DNA of 64,000 bases from a virus. Lineage: Duplodnaviria > Caudoviricetes. Position numbers and translations under genes: made by a program. Below, piece after piece: positions 12,090 through 20,623 of the stretch (position 1 is its first letter; the number at the start of each line of letters is the position of its first letter). The notes beneath the pieces were generated by a model. The model searched no databases. It saw nothing but the letters and a program-made list of their open reading frames with translations, and was not told the DNA's origin. Where the stretch lies: positions 27,618 through 91,617 of the IMG/VR virus record IMGVR_UViG_3300030708_003106; one strand, written 5' to 3'.

Positions 12090-12950
12090 ATGAATAAACC
12101 TTGGTCGGTTACAGATTGTCCAACTTTAGAATTTACAACTTCAATCGACGTTAAAACTGGATGCGTCGTTGATTGTGTTTATTGTCCACAGAGAACCTTA
12201 CAGGGATCATATAAAGGTAAAAAATTTCTTGAATTAACTGAATTTAAGCAGGTAATTGACAAACTACCACAAGAAATAAGAGTTACTTTTGCTGGATTTA
12301 CTGAACCTTTTTTAAATCCACGTTGTACTGATATGATTCTCTATGCATCCGAAAAAGGGCATGAGATTTCAGTATTTACAACTGGAATTGGTATGACAGT
12401 AAGAGATTGGAATAGAATAAAACATATTCCTTGGGCAGGACAACCAAATGGTGGATTTACTTTACATGTACCTGATGATGATTTAAGAGCAAAACATCCA
12501 ATTACTGATAAGTACATCAATTTACTTGAAACAATTTACATGTCATGGAGAAGAGGAGAACTTCATCGTAATTTTAATGTTATGAGTATGGGAAAACCTC
12601 ATCATAGAGTAAAGCACCTTTGGGATAATCCAACTCAGTCTCAGATGTGGTCGAGGTCTGGAAATCTTTTTCATGAGGCAATTCTAAAACCAGAATTGAT
12701 GAATAGAAAAGATGAATGGAAGTCGGTATATCACGGAGAGAATGATATGACATGCGGATGTGTAGAAGAACTATATCACAATGTCATGTTGCCCAATGGT
12801 GATGTTTCTTTATGTTGTATGGATTATGGACTAAAGCATATTCTTGGGAATTTATTCGAGCAAGAGTATGAAGATGTTGTACCAAAAATGAATACTTGTT
12901 TTGACCTATGCAGATTTTGTGAAAATGGAAAAGCACCGACTCAAGAATAA
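12090..12950 (+). CDS. Radical SAM protein with SPASM/twitch-like C-terminal domain
   Basis: CVVDCVYC (CxxxCxxC), GFTEP, C-terminal C...NGDVSLCC...CRFC. Confidence 0.85.
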   Translation: MNKPWSVTDCPTLEFTTSIDVKTGCVVDCVYCPQRTLQGSYKGKKFLELTEFKQVIDKLPQEIRVTFAGFTEPFLNPRCTDMILYASEKGHEISVFTTGIGMTVRDWNRIKHIPWAGQPNGGFTLHVPDDDLRAKHPITDKYINLLETIYMSWRRGELHRNFNVMSMGKPHHRVKHLWDNPTQSQMWSRSGNLFHEAILKPELMNRKDEWKSVYHGENDMTCGCVEELYHNVMLPNGDVSLCCMDYGLKHILGNLFEQEYEDVVPKMNTCFDLCRFCENGKAPTQE

Positions 12951-12979
12951 ATATATTACACAACCCAAGATATTTTAAA

Positions 12980-13633
12980 ATGTCACCTATTAGATCAAAA
13001 CCATTTGGAACTAAAAGTGCTGGACAACAAACTACAAAAGTTTTAGATGGGAAAATGAGAACTTTTTCTAGTTCGATTGATGTAGGAAATTTTGCACAAG
13101 TTCCTACAATTTCATCTGGAGCGGACCTTGTAGTTAGATATATGACATCTGCACTATGGCAAAGTTCTACCAACGTAAATAACCCTTCATTTGGGATTGG
13201 AGCTAGTAATGCCATAACAGGGGAATCTAATAGTCAGAACATGCACAATAGTGATGCATATTACATTGTTGCAGTAAATAAGATGTGCAGAATACATTAT
13301 GATCTCACTATTTCTAGTGAAAATAATTATGACTGGGGATATTTTACATTATCTGCAAAATCTACAAATTATACTCCTAATAACATAGGTCCTGCTACTG
13401 GATCACCAAAAAATATACAATTTAGTAGAATCTCTGGAAGTTCAATACGTACTGGATCTGTTGATATGGATAGTTGGAGAACACTCAACAGTCATAGTGA
13501 CGATTATGATTTAGGTTTTGATGGAGATGAAGGAGAGATGCTGGTTGTTGTAAGGTACAGGAAAGATGGTAGTGCTAATAGTGGAGATGATAAATTTACT
13601 ATCAATTCTCTCTATTTTGAGGATCTTCCATAA
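12980..13633 (+). CDS. Hypothetical protein, possibly virion-associated
   Basis: 217-aa ORF; ATAAATA at 12947-12953 upstream. Confidence 0.6.
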   Translation: MSPIRSKPFGTKSAGQQTTKVLDGKMRTFSSSIDVGNFAQVPTISSGADLVVRYMTSALWQSSTNVNNPSFGIGASNAITGESNSQNMHNSDAYYIVAVNKMCRIHYDLTISSENNYDWGYFTLSAKSTNYTPNNIGPATGSPKNIQFSRISGSSIRTGSVDMDSWRTLNSHSDDYDLGFDGDEGEMLVVVRYRKDGSANSGDDKFTINSLYFEDLP

Positions 13634-13650
13634 GGATCTTTAAGATAAAT

Positions 13651-13681
13651 TTCTGAAGCCTCCAAAGTGTCCTAGTTATAT
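13651..13681 (+). repeat. 31-bp island repeat, copy 1
   Basis: ttCTGAAGCCtccAAAgtGTcctagttatat. Confidence 0.9.
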
Positions 13682-13696
13682 CAGGGACACTTTTTG

Positions 13697-13795
13697 ATGT
13701 CAACTACTGAAAAATTAATTTTCATTGGATCATTTTTATGGATGATGCAATGGGGAACCCGTGTGACTTTGCTTGCGATCAATGCTCTCTCTTGA
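13697..13795 (+). CDS. Small hydrophobic peptide (32 aa, MSTTEKLIFIGSFLWMMQW...)
   Basis: Hand-translated; first ORF after repeat copy 1. Confidence 0.45.
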   Translation: MSTTEKLIFIGSFLWMMQWGTRVTLLAINALS

Positions 13796-14249
13796 ATACT
13801 CAGGATACAACTATAGCAAAAATCGTTGCGAAAGTATAGTTCAGTGGTTTGTAGATAAGTATCTGCCACGACACAAACTAGAAATTGTTGTACATCATCG
13901 CGGATTAGTTCGTGAAGGTGTATATGGTTGGTGTACTGTCCTTGATTGTGATTGGAGACCAAGAGCATTTGAAATCGAACTACACAATCAGATGAATATT
14001 GATGATTACACCAGCACCCTCTTACACGAACTCTGGCACGTTTATCAACATGTCAAGGGTAATCTGAAGGATAAGGGTGAAAAACGCTTCTGGAAGGGCA
14101 TAGACCACTCTGATACGGACTATTCTAATCAACCATGGGAACTTGAAGCAAGAGAAATGGAAAGGAAACTTTATTATTGCTATTTGGGTCTTGGACCCGA
14201 ATCTTTTGGTCATGGCACACCATTTCCCAATCGCTTGACAGCATCCTAA
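13782..14249 (+). CDS. Zincin-like metallopeptidase
   Basis: LLHELWHVYQ (HExxH) plus downstream PWELEA third-ligand motif. Confidence 0.75.
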   Translation: MLSLEYSGYNYSKNRCESIVQWFVDKYLPRHKLEIVVHHRGLVREGVYGWCTVLDCDWRPRAFEIELHNQMNIDDYTSTLLHELWHVYQHVKGNLKDKGEKRFWKGIDHSDTDYSNQPWELEAREMERKLYYCYLGLGPESFGHGTPFPNRLTAS

Positions 14250-14263
14250 AAACCCACTAGAAT
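14235..14263 (+). promoter_or_regulatory. Sigma70-type promoter
   Basis: TTGACA-N17-TAGAAT. Confidence 0.8.
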
Positions 14264-14287
14264 ACCTTTGTCGAGGTTAATCAAACT

Positions 14288-14491
14288 ATGACTTCTATTA
14301 AAACTGATTTTATTTGTGTAAAACCTAGGTCCTCTAAGGCAAAAAATAGGTTTGCAAATTTGATGAATAACCTCCACTCTTGTCGTATTGAGAAACGTAA
14401 AGATGGTAAATTATTCCTTGCTTCTATCAGTGGTAAATACTTTTTTTGGATGAATGAATCATCTGACGACCACTGGGAGGTTATTAAATGA
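14288..14491 (+). CDS. Hypothetical protein
   Basis: 67 aa, follows promoter, ATGA overlap with next ORF. Confidence 0.7.
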   Translation: MTSIKTDFICVKPRSSKAKNRFANLMNNLHSCRIEKRKDGKLFLASISGKYFFWMNESSDDHWEVIK

Positions 14492-14685
14492 AAGATCAGA
14501 ACAGCATCGAAGACACTGAAACTAAACAAGATAAATGGAATCGAGGTCTTGACATTTTTATTGAAAGTGTCTTAGAGCCAGATTCTGATTTGAGAGCGTG
14601 TGCTCATAATCAAAGATGCTATCATGAATTGATGGATGTTCGTCAAGATGTTTTGGATTATCTCAAAACTAAAAGATGGAACTAA
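14488..14685 (+). CDS. Hypothetical protein
   Basis: 65 aa, GGAGG RBS, coupled overlap. Confidence 0.7.
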   Translation: MKDQNSIEDTETKQDKWNRGLDIFIESVLEPDSDLRACAHNQRCYHELMDVRQDVLDYLKTKRWN

Positions 14686-14796
14686 AGAATCCTACTATCC
14701 CTATATTAATGTTTTTGGGTGTAATTTTTTGCACCCTTTGTGTTATTGTAGCAGGATACTTCCATGGGAACATGCACCTTATCACCACACTTAAAA

Positions 14797-15063
14797 ATGC
14801 TGCCGCTTCTTAACATTTTTCTTGCTGTAACTTTATGGGTTCAGGTTCCTCAATGGAATGATGACTGGAGTAACTGTGCCGTAGATGTTCCCGATACATC
14901 TTGCCATTGGTATATTGTTCAGGCAGATAATACTTTTGGTGAAGGATTTGATTGGGAGACTGCACCATGGTATAGTATTGAAGGTCTGCAAGATATTGCA
15001 GATTTGCATGATCAAGTCCTTTCTGAAGGCAATCAGTACACTGTAGAATCTCTTCAAAAATGA
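14797..15063 (+). CDS. Hypothetical protein with signal peptide
   Basis: MLPLLNIFLAVTLWVQ start; ATGA overlap with next ORF. Confidence 0.6.
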   Translation: MLPLLNIFLAVTLWVQVPQWNDDWSNCAVDVPDTSCHWYIVQADNTFGEGFDWETAPWYSIEGLQDIADLHDQVLSEGNQYTVESLQK

Positions 15064-15218
15064 ACCTCACTCTCCAAGAAGTAGACCACCTTATCAAAGC
15101 ACTAGAAACAATGTCATCTTATGATATTGCCCGTGCTAGAGAAGCAGTTGTGAATGGTGTGTCAGATCACCCTGAATTGATTCAAAAACTAAAAGATTAT
15201 CGTCTTCGTCTCACTTGA
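15060..15218 (+). CDS. Hypothetical protein (52 aa)
   Basis: Hand-translated; fills the gap exactly. Confidence 0.6.
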   Translation: MNLTLQEVDHLIKALETMSSYDIARAREAVVNGVSDHPELIQKLKDYRLRLT

Positions 15219-15219
15219 C

Positions 15220-15681
15220 ATGAAAGAATTTGATTATGAACTTGATTACAAATCACTTGACTTCACAGATGCAGAAACTCGCAAACTTTATCGTATTGGA
15301 AGGGGAGAACAAGGGGTTCTATTGGTACGCCCTTATACAAACGATATTTGTGCTCATTGGAGATTTGTAGATGAAGAAACGTCTATTAAATCTTCTCATA
15401 AAATATACGAAATGTTCTGTGAATATAAACAACGGAAAGATTTCATTGGAATGGACATGGCAAGAAAATTCCTTGAGATGGGATTTACCCGTGCAAGACG
15501 GTATGCCAATCACTCTTCGGGACGCAAATATGCAAAAGACAGGAGTATATTACCCATTGAGTCCGATTGCCTCACGTCTGAGAAATCAAGATCAGCAAAA
15601 GTATTCAAGGAAGTAAGAGATAAAGCTGCATATGATTCGGAATATGTTACAATGAGAAAAGAATGGAGATCTAAGGAATAG
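15220..15681 (+). CDS. DUF4385-like protein
   Basis: YRIGRGEQGVLLVRPY and MDMARKFLEMGFTRARRYANH motifs. Confidence 0.75.
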   Translation: MKEFDYELDYKSLDFTDAETRKLYRIGRGEQGVLLVRPYTNDICAHWRFVDEETSIKSSHKIYEMFCEYKQRKDFIGMDMARKFLEMGFTRARRYANHSSGRKYAKDRSILPIESDCLTSEKSRSAKVFKEVRDKAAYDSEYVTMRKEWRSKE

Positions 15682-15683
15682 TC

Positions 15684-15899
15684 ATGACTCAACTAATTGA
15701 TCCATCTGATCCACGTTATTTTACAAAGACTTCTGAGGGTCTATACGATAGGCATCATTATAAAGTTATATCTAAAGAAGGTGATACTGTTGTAGTTGAC
15801 AACTGGCAAGATGCCTTTCTCATATGGTGGAATAAAAAAGATTTTCTTTCTCATGTGGAGGTTTTAGATCCACCAAAAGGAGGAAAAGGATTTGCCTGA
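15684..15899 (+). CDS. Hypothetical protein
   Basis: 71 aa in a tightly packed run. Confidence 0.65.
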   Translation: MTQLIDPSDPRYFTKTSEGLYDRHHYKVISKEGDTVVVDNWQDAFLIWWNKKDFLSHVEVLDPPKGGKGFA

Positions 15900-16200
15900 C
15901 ATTAAATATCATGATGCTTTTCCATGGAGGTTAGTGAATGGTGACACAATATGCCATTTTGAGTGCAGAGAACACTTGCAGAAATACTTAGATAGATATA
16001 AACTGAAACCTAGAAACTGTAGCATTACACATAAAGATGGAAAACCCTTTGAATCCCGTGAAAAACACAAGAGAAACGTGGAGTCGTCAACATCAAAGAA
16101 AAATAACGGAAGTTCAAGTGCAGTTCGCAAACGAAAATCCAGCGTGGATTCCACTCGAAACACTTCTAGCAATTCAAAACGTAAGAAAAATGGAAAGTAG
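15892..16200 (+). CDS. Hypothetical basic protein
   Basis: 102 aa, TTG start after AAGGA, Lys/Ser-rich tail. Confidence 0.55.
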   Translation: MPDIKYHDAFPWRLVNGDTICHFECREHLQKYLDRYKLKPRNCSITHKDGKPFESREKHKRNVESSTSKKNNGSSSAVRKRKSSVDSTRNTSSNSKRKKNGK

Positions 16201-16202
16201 TC

Positions 16203-16385
16203 ATGTATGAAGAGCTAAATTGTTTTGAGGAAGCACTTAAACATTTTGGAACTAGAGTTGAAATCATCTGTGCTATGGAATATTCCAAAAGATTGTCTTC
16301 CGAAGATGCATATCAAATGATCAAGGAAGAACTTAAGGAGGTTAAAAAATGCAGGAAAAAATTCAATCAGAAAGAGAATTGTTGA
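16203..16385 (+). CDS. Hypothetical protein
   Basis: 60 aa in a tightly packed run. Confidence 0.65.
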   Translation: MYEELNCFEEALKHFGTRVEIICAMEYSKRLSSEDAYQMIKEELKEVKKCRKKFNQKENC

Positions 16386-16500
16386 CTTCTCTTGAATGGT
16401 ATGATCTTTGGTTACATGAACCAGATGATCGACCTCTTGCAGAAATTTGGAGAGAAATGGATGAAATTGAATCTCTCACCCCATTGCCACCTAAAGAACA

Positions 16501-16932
16501 ATGAAAACTAAAGCACTTTTACTTTCAACTCTATTATTCTTGCCTCTACCTGCATTTGCTGGCGGTCCAGTTTTTAGGAGAGGTAATCATAATCATGGAC
16601 AAACGAATGTCTATGAAGAATGCTTTAGACATGTAGAGAAATATACTCCAGGACACTACAATAGTCGGGGTCAATATGTTCGTGGGCAAGTAAGAGTTAC
16701 GAGAGAAAGTGTTCCTTGTGGATATGCTCCTAGGAGAAATTATCATGTCCCCAGTCACTATCAACGTAATGAACCTATAGACAATAATGATTGCTCAGGT
16801 GGTACAGCTGTGGGTGCTTTGTTAGGTGGTGGACTTGCAGGATTTGGATCTAGAGGTAAAGATCGCTGGTGGGCGATTCCTGCTGGAGTTGTTGGTGGTG
16901 CCATGGTGGGATGTCAGATTGATGGTGGTTGA
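16501..16932 (+). CDS. Exported protein with glycine-zipper 2TM domain
   Basis: Signal peptide (LPLPAFA); GTAVGALLGGGLAG...GVVGGAMVG. Confidence 0.75.
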   Translation: MKTKALLLSTLLFLPLPAFAGGPVFRRGNHNHGQTNVYEECFRHVEKYTPGHYNSRGQYVRGQVRVTRESVPCGYAPRRNYHVPSHYQRNEPIDNNDCSGGTAVGALLGGGLAGFGSRGKDRWWAIPAGVVGGAMVGCQIDGG

Positions 16933-16933
16933 G

Positions 16934-16964
16934 AACTGAAGCCTGCAAAGTGTCCCTGTAGTGT
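16934..16964 (+). repeat. 31-bp island repeat, copy 2
   Basis: aaCTGAAGCCtgcAAAgtGTccctgtagtgt. Confidence 0.9.
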
Positions 16965-16981
16965 AAGCACCACTCAAACAC

Positions 16982-17416
16982 ATGGGAACCCGCTCTCGCA
17001 TCGGTATTCAACTCAAAGACGGCAGTATTCTGAGTTCTTATCATCACTGGGATGGATATCCTGAGTGGTTGGGTCGCATCCTCACCACACATTACAACTC
17101 CCGCGAACAAGCAGCGGAACTGATTGATGGTGGTGACATGTCATGTGCATGGACAAAAGATCGCTGGACTGGTAAACAACTTTCTGCTTATGTGACTGAG
17201 CAGAAAGAAGCAGAAGAGTATGGTCCTCAGTATTATTCTGGACGCGGTGAAGATTGCCCTCCTCGTCTTGATGACAACATTGAGAAATTCCTTACAGATG
17301 GTGAAGAATATGGTTACATCTTTGAAAATGGTGAATGGAAGTGCTATGATACTAAAGACTGGTCCGATACATATAAGGAGCAGATTTCCATTCCTGAAGG
17401 AGCATTGGCAGTATGA
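16982..17416 (+). CDS. Conserved phage hypothetical protein
   Basis: MGTRSRIG...YHHWDGYPEWLG motif. Confidence 0.75.
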   Translation: MGTRSRIGIQLKDGSILSSYHHWDGYPEWLGRILTTHYNSREQAAELIDGGDMSCAWTKDRWTGKQLSAYVTEQKEAEEYGPQYYSGRGEDCPPRLDDNIEKFLTDGEEYGYIFENGEWKCYDTKDWSDTYKEQISIPEGALAV

Positions 17417-17604
17417 TTGATAGAGGTTTTCTGACAGAAATGTCTCATGATGATAAAGAACGTCTGTCAGAAGACTGTGAGGATTATCTTTTACATAGGA
17501 ACATCCCTCTTTATTCTGATTCGTATGATAATATCATCATACATGCAATTAAAGAGGGATATCAATTACAACGTTTTGATCGCTTCGTAAAAAAACCACA
17601 ATGA
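17413..17604 (+). CDS. Hypothetical protein
   Basis: 63 aa, ATGA overlaps on both sides. Confidence 0.65.
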   Translation: MIDRGFLTEMSHDDKERLSEDCEDYLLHRNIPLYSDSYDNIIIHAIKEGYQLQRFDRFVKKPQ

Positions 17605-17720
17605 CTGAAAAAGAACTCAAGCAAATGGAAATCGTTGCAGAAGAATTTTGGGCAGAGGTTGAATCCGAAGCGGAACGACTTGAAGTCACGGTTGATTACT
17701 ATCTTGCTGAATTTTACTGA
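17601..17720 (+). CDS. Small acidic protein (39 aa)
   Basis: Hand-translated MTEKELKQME...YYLAEFY; overlap-coupled both sides. Confidence 0.6.
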   Translation: MTEKELKQMEIVAEEFWAEVESEAERLEVTVDYYLAEFY

Positions 17721-17920
17721 TGGAAGAAGAAATCAAACCGAAAAGAATCAAAGATGAGAAATTTCTGCTACTAGCAGCAATCAATCAAGTAGAAAACATT
17801 ATCAACCTGACAGAGGAAAATGAATACAAACAATTCATTTATATGCACCTCAATTCAGTTTATTATGAACTAAAGCGCCAGTTGACTAATCTCACAGACC
17901 AAAGTAAAATTAAGGAGTAA
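17720..17920 (+). CDS. Hypothetical protein
   Basis: 66 aa, TGATG coupling. Confidence 0.65.
   Translation: MEEEIKPKRIKDEKFLLLAAINQVENIINLTEENEYKQFIYMHLNSVYYELKRQLTNLTDQSKIKE
17882..17910 (+). promoter_or_regulatory. Sigma70-type promoter
   Basis: TTGACT-N17-TAAAAT. Confidence 0.6.
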
Positions 17921-17931
17921 ACTAACCGAGG

Positions 17932-18174
17932 ATGATGACTCAAAAGTATTTCTACATTGTTGACCACTTTGTTCCTTTTCCTTCTAGTGAATATGGTGGT
18001 GTTTGGAATGTGATTGCTGAAAGTGACGAAGATTGTTTTAATCTTATCACCGATAGTGATGATGGATTTAATCAACAGTATTATGGAAACCTTCGTGAAA
18101 ACATTCTAAAGTCTCGCACTTATGCCTTGGCAGAAGATGTAGAATCTACTATTGTTGAGGAATTTACTACATGA
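17932..18174 (+). CDS. Hypothetical protein
   Basis: 80 aa. Confidence 0.7.
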   Translation: MMTQKYFYIVDHFVPFPSSEYGGVWNVIAESDEDCFNLITDSDDGFNQQYYGNLRENILKSRTYALAEDVESTIVEEFTT

Positions 18175-18404
18175 AACCTGACATGGTTCTAAGTTGGAAA
18201 CAACATCTTCGGGATGGTAATGTATGGAGGGTGAATGTAGAACTCCCTATGCAAGATGTTCCTGGAGGTGATGTAACATTCTACAATGTAGATGTATATG
18301 TAGTGTCACCAACTCAAGAACTGGCGCAATATATTGTGTCTACAATGTATTCTGAATATCAATCTATTTCTGTTGATGATGAACCAGTTAGAATTGCCCC
18401 CTGA
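18171..18404 (+). CDS. Hypothetical protein
   Basis: 77 aa, GAGG RBS, ATGA overlap. Confidence 0.65.
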   Translation: MKPDMVLSWKQHLRDGNVWRVNVELPMQDVPGGDVTFYNVDVYVVSPTQELAQYIVSTMYSEYQSISVDDEPVRIAP

Positions 18405-18684
18405 TTTTCCTCATGAACCACCTGAAAACTACACTTACGAAGTTAAAGAATTCCGACGCAACATTTTATCTATTTGGTGTTGCAATCATGCTGAATTCTC
18501 TTACAACGGCGGTGCTGTTTCAAAAACTATCTGGGGGTTCTACAATGTCAAACAGCGTACCTACATTGCTCCCATCAATTCAAAAAAACCTGGAAAAGTA
18601 GTAGATATTTCTAATACTCGTCCCTATACTGCGATGCAACTCAACTTGAATCCTTTAATGCAATGTCTTATGTCCCCCGATTAG
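18334..18684 (+). CDS. Hypothetical protein (true start probably ~18376-18379)
   Basis: ORF in a packed run; FPHEPPENY...APINSKKPG. Confidence 0.65.
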   Translation: MCLQCILNINLFLLMMNQLELPPDFPHEPPENYTYEVKEFRRNILSIWCCNHAEFSYNGGAVSKTIWGFYNVKQRTYIAPINSKKPGKVVDISNTRPYTAMQLNLNPLMQCLMSPD

Positions 18685-18950
18685 ATGATTATGTTGTATG
18701 GAATGACTCTCTAGGAAGAGTTATTAAAGGATGGGTGTATTTTGTTTCTGACAGTTACATTACGATTGAGGTTGGTGTAAAATGTAAAGATGAAGAAAAC
18801 ATCAAAGATTGTCCTATTCATAAGAAAACTCACTGCCTAGTCTTATGTTTTCCTGAGAATTGGCATGAGTTGGAATATGTAAAAAATCGAAGAGATATTG
18901 ACATTGATCAATATAAATCTCAAGAAGGTAGATATATTGATCCTCAGTAA
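18663..18950 (+). CDS. Hypothetical protein
   Basis: 95 aa; stop 4 nt before repeat copy 3. Confidence 0.65.
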   Translation: MSYVPRLDDYVVWNDSLGRVIKGWVYFVSDSYITIEVGVKCKDEENIKDCPIHKKTHCLVLCFPENWHELEYVKNRRDIDIDQYKSQEGRYIDPQ

Positions 18951-18954
18951 ATTA

Positions 18955-18985
18955 AACTGAAGCCCCTAAACTGTTTTATTATTGT
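18955..18985 (+). repeat. 31-bp island repeat, copy 3
   Basis: aaCTGAAGCCcctAAActGTtttattattgt. Confidence 0.85.
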
Positions 18986-18998
18986 AAGCACACCACTT

Positions 18999-19133
18999 AT
19001 GGACTGGTACGACGACATTCAAGTTGAAGAACTTCAAAACTTTGATCACATTGAAGAAGATCTCGAAGATTTGATTGAAGACAATCAAAATTTCAACATG
19101 AAAGAATACCTCAACTCCAACATTGATTACTGA
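18999..19133 (+). CDS. Small highly acidic protein (44 aa)
   Basis: Hand-translated MDWYDDIQVEELQNF...NIDY. Confidence 0.6.
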   Translation: MDWYDDIQVEELQNFDHIEEDLEDLIEDNQNFNMKEYLNSNIDY

Positions 19134-19134
19134 A

Positions 19135-19356
19135 ATGAACTTCCCTACTCAAACTGTCAACGTTTTGCCTCACATGAATGAACTCCGAGAGACTTGGAGG
19201 CGTCAAGATTTTCGATTTACTAAAGAGCAACAAGAAGAATATGATATGCTAAAGCAAGCACGAGCAGAACGAGTTAGGTGGTTTTATGAAACTGGACGAG
19301 TTCAAGTTGGTCCCAAAGTGACAAAAGAAAAGGAAATTGAATCTGAAGACAGTTGA
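19135..19356 (+). CDS. Hypothetical protein
   Basis: ATG 1 nt after the previous stop. Confidence 0.65.
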   Translation: MNFPTQTVNVLPHMNELRETWRRQDFRFTKEQQEEYDMLKQARAERVRWFYETGRVQVGPKVTKEKEIESEDS

Positions 19357-19411
19357 GATACTGTCCATAACCACTTGACTTAACGTTCATTATCTCCTAT
19401 TATACTAAATA
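19348..19411 (+). promoter_or_regulatory. Composite promoter: GACAGT-N6-ACTGTC palindrome, sigma70-type TTGACT-N17-TATTAT, and late-type CTAAATA
   Basis: Palindrome 19348-19365; -35 at 19375; -10 at 19398; CTAAATA at 19405. Confidence 0.6.
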
Positions 19412-19435
19412 ATAGGAGATTTTTTCCTGTCTAAA

Positions 19436-19942
19436 ATGAAAACCTTTGCTGAATTTGTTGCAGAAGCATATGATAAGGATGTCATGGGATCTTCCCAAAT
19501 CCGTAAGCAAGGAGAGGGTGGAAGAGTTGGTGCTAATAGAAAGAAAACAGAACCAGAAAAGCGTAGAATGAAAGCAGCGGGTGGTGGAAAAATGGTCCCC
19601 GCAAAAGATTACAAACCCCGCAAAGATATTGGTTCTCAAAGGCAAAGATCTACAAGAGAGCAACAACCAACACAGGAAAGAGGATCTGCTGCATTATCAG
19701 CAAAAGAAGCACAACGCAAGGCATATAGAGAAAGAAAGGCAAGAGAATCGGGTGCAAAGACTAAATCTGCATCAGAACTTCTGTCTAAGAAATCTGCTAA
19801 GAAAGTAAATCCTAACTATAAACCACAAAAAGCATCTGGATATACTAGAACCGAGAGACAGAAACTTCAGAGAACTGGCGATAGAATTATTCGCGACATT
19901 CGTAAGGGTAAAGACAAACCAGCATCTGCATACGAAAACTAA
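19436..19942 (+). CDS. Basic protein with MKTFxEFxxEA N-terminus (candidate internal head protein)
   Basis: Lys/Arg-rich 168 aa; N-terminal motif typical of T4-like capsid-targeted proteins; late promoter. Confidence 0.65.
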   Translation: MKTFAEFVAEAYDKDVMGSSQIRKQGEGGRVGANRKKTEPEKRRMKAAGGGKMVPAKDYKPRKDIGSQRQRSTREQQPTQERGSAALSAKEAQRKAYRERKARESGAKTKSASELLSKKSAKKVNPNYKPQKASGYTRTERQKLQRTGDRIIRDIRKGKDKPASAYEN

Positions 19943-19972
19943 ACTGAAGCCCCTAAAGCGTCTCAGTAGTGT
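19942..19972 (+). repeat. 31-bp island repeat, copy 4
   Basis: aaCTGAAGCCcctAAAgcGTctcagtagtgt; overlaps the TAA stop. Confidence 0.9.
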
Positions 19973-19996
19973 CTGAGACCGCCTGCAAGACCTCTG

Positions 19997-20040
19997 AAAC
20001 AACCTCTAGGTATATTTGTACTGCTGAGGTTGTTTTTTAT
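19997..20040 (+). terminator. Terminator-like hairpin
   Basis: AAACAACCTC...GAGGTTGTTT followed by T-run. Confidence 0.55.
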
Positions 20041-20068
20041 TGACAGGCAATTCTGACTCTGCTAAACT
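20040..20068 (+). promoter_or_regulatory. Sigma70-type promoter of the nuclease-MTase pair
   Basis: TTGACA-N17-(TGc)TAAACT; AAGGAG RBS at 20077. Confidence 0.75.
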
Positions 20069-20089
20069 ACTATTTTAAGGAGACCACCG

Positions 20090-20623
20090 ATGGGAGTTTC
20101 ACAACTTTCCGAAATCGTTGCTCTCGGTTTTGAAGAACTCATTGCTGAGGGTGACACAAGGGAAATTGGCAAGTTTCTTGCATTTCCAACCGAACGTATC
20201 ATCGCCCCGCAATGGTTGCGCGAAGAATGTGGAATCGAAAATGATAAATCTCCCGATGATCTTGATGGTCAGCAGGAAAAGTACGATAGACTTTCTTCAA
20301 AAGGTCTGCGTATTCAAGTTAAGTATCGTGGAGGAAATACTCTCCACATGGAACAAACTCGCCGCACTACTGGCAAAAATGCAAACAATGGTGCTAAGAA
20401 TGGGCAGGTTCGCTATGCAGTGAACTCGTTTGATGTTATACTGTTTATTATCCCCAAAGGTCACGAAGATATTTCAAAGTGGGAATATCTTGCTATTCCT
20501 AGTTGTGAACTTGAAGATAAAAATATGCCTGGATATTGTGTAGGTTCTGTTCCTGCTGCTGTCCGTAAAAAGTACACTGGTCGCGCAAAGGAGGTTCTGG
20601 TTGCTCTCAACAATGCTGAATGA
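20090..20623 (+). CDS. Putative PD-(D/E)xK-type endonuclease
   Basis: E...YD...IQVK motif; overlaps a DNA methyltransferase. Confidence 0.5.
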   Translation: MGVSQLSEIVALGFEELIAEGDTREIGKFLAFPTERIIAPQWLREECGIENDKSPDDLDGQQEKYDRLSSKGLRIQVKYRGGNTLHMEQTRRTTGKNANNGAKNGQVRYAVNSFDVILFIIPKGHEDISKWEYLAIPSCELEDKNMPGYCVGSVPAAVRKKYTGRAKEVLVALNNAE

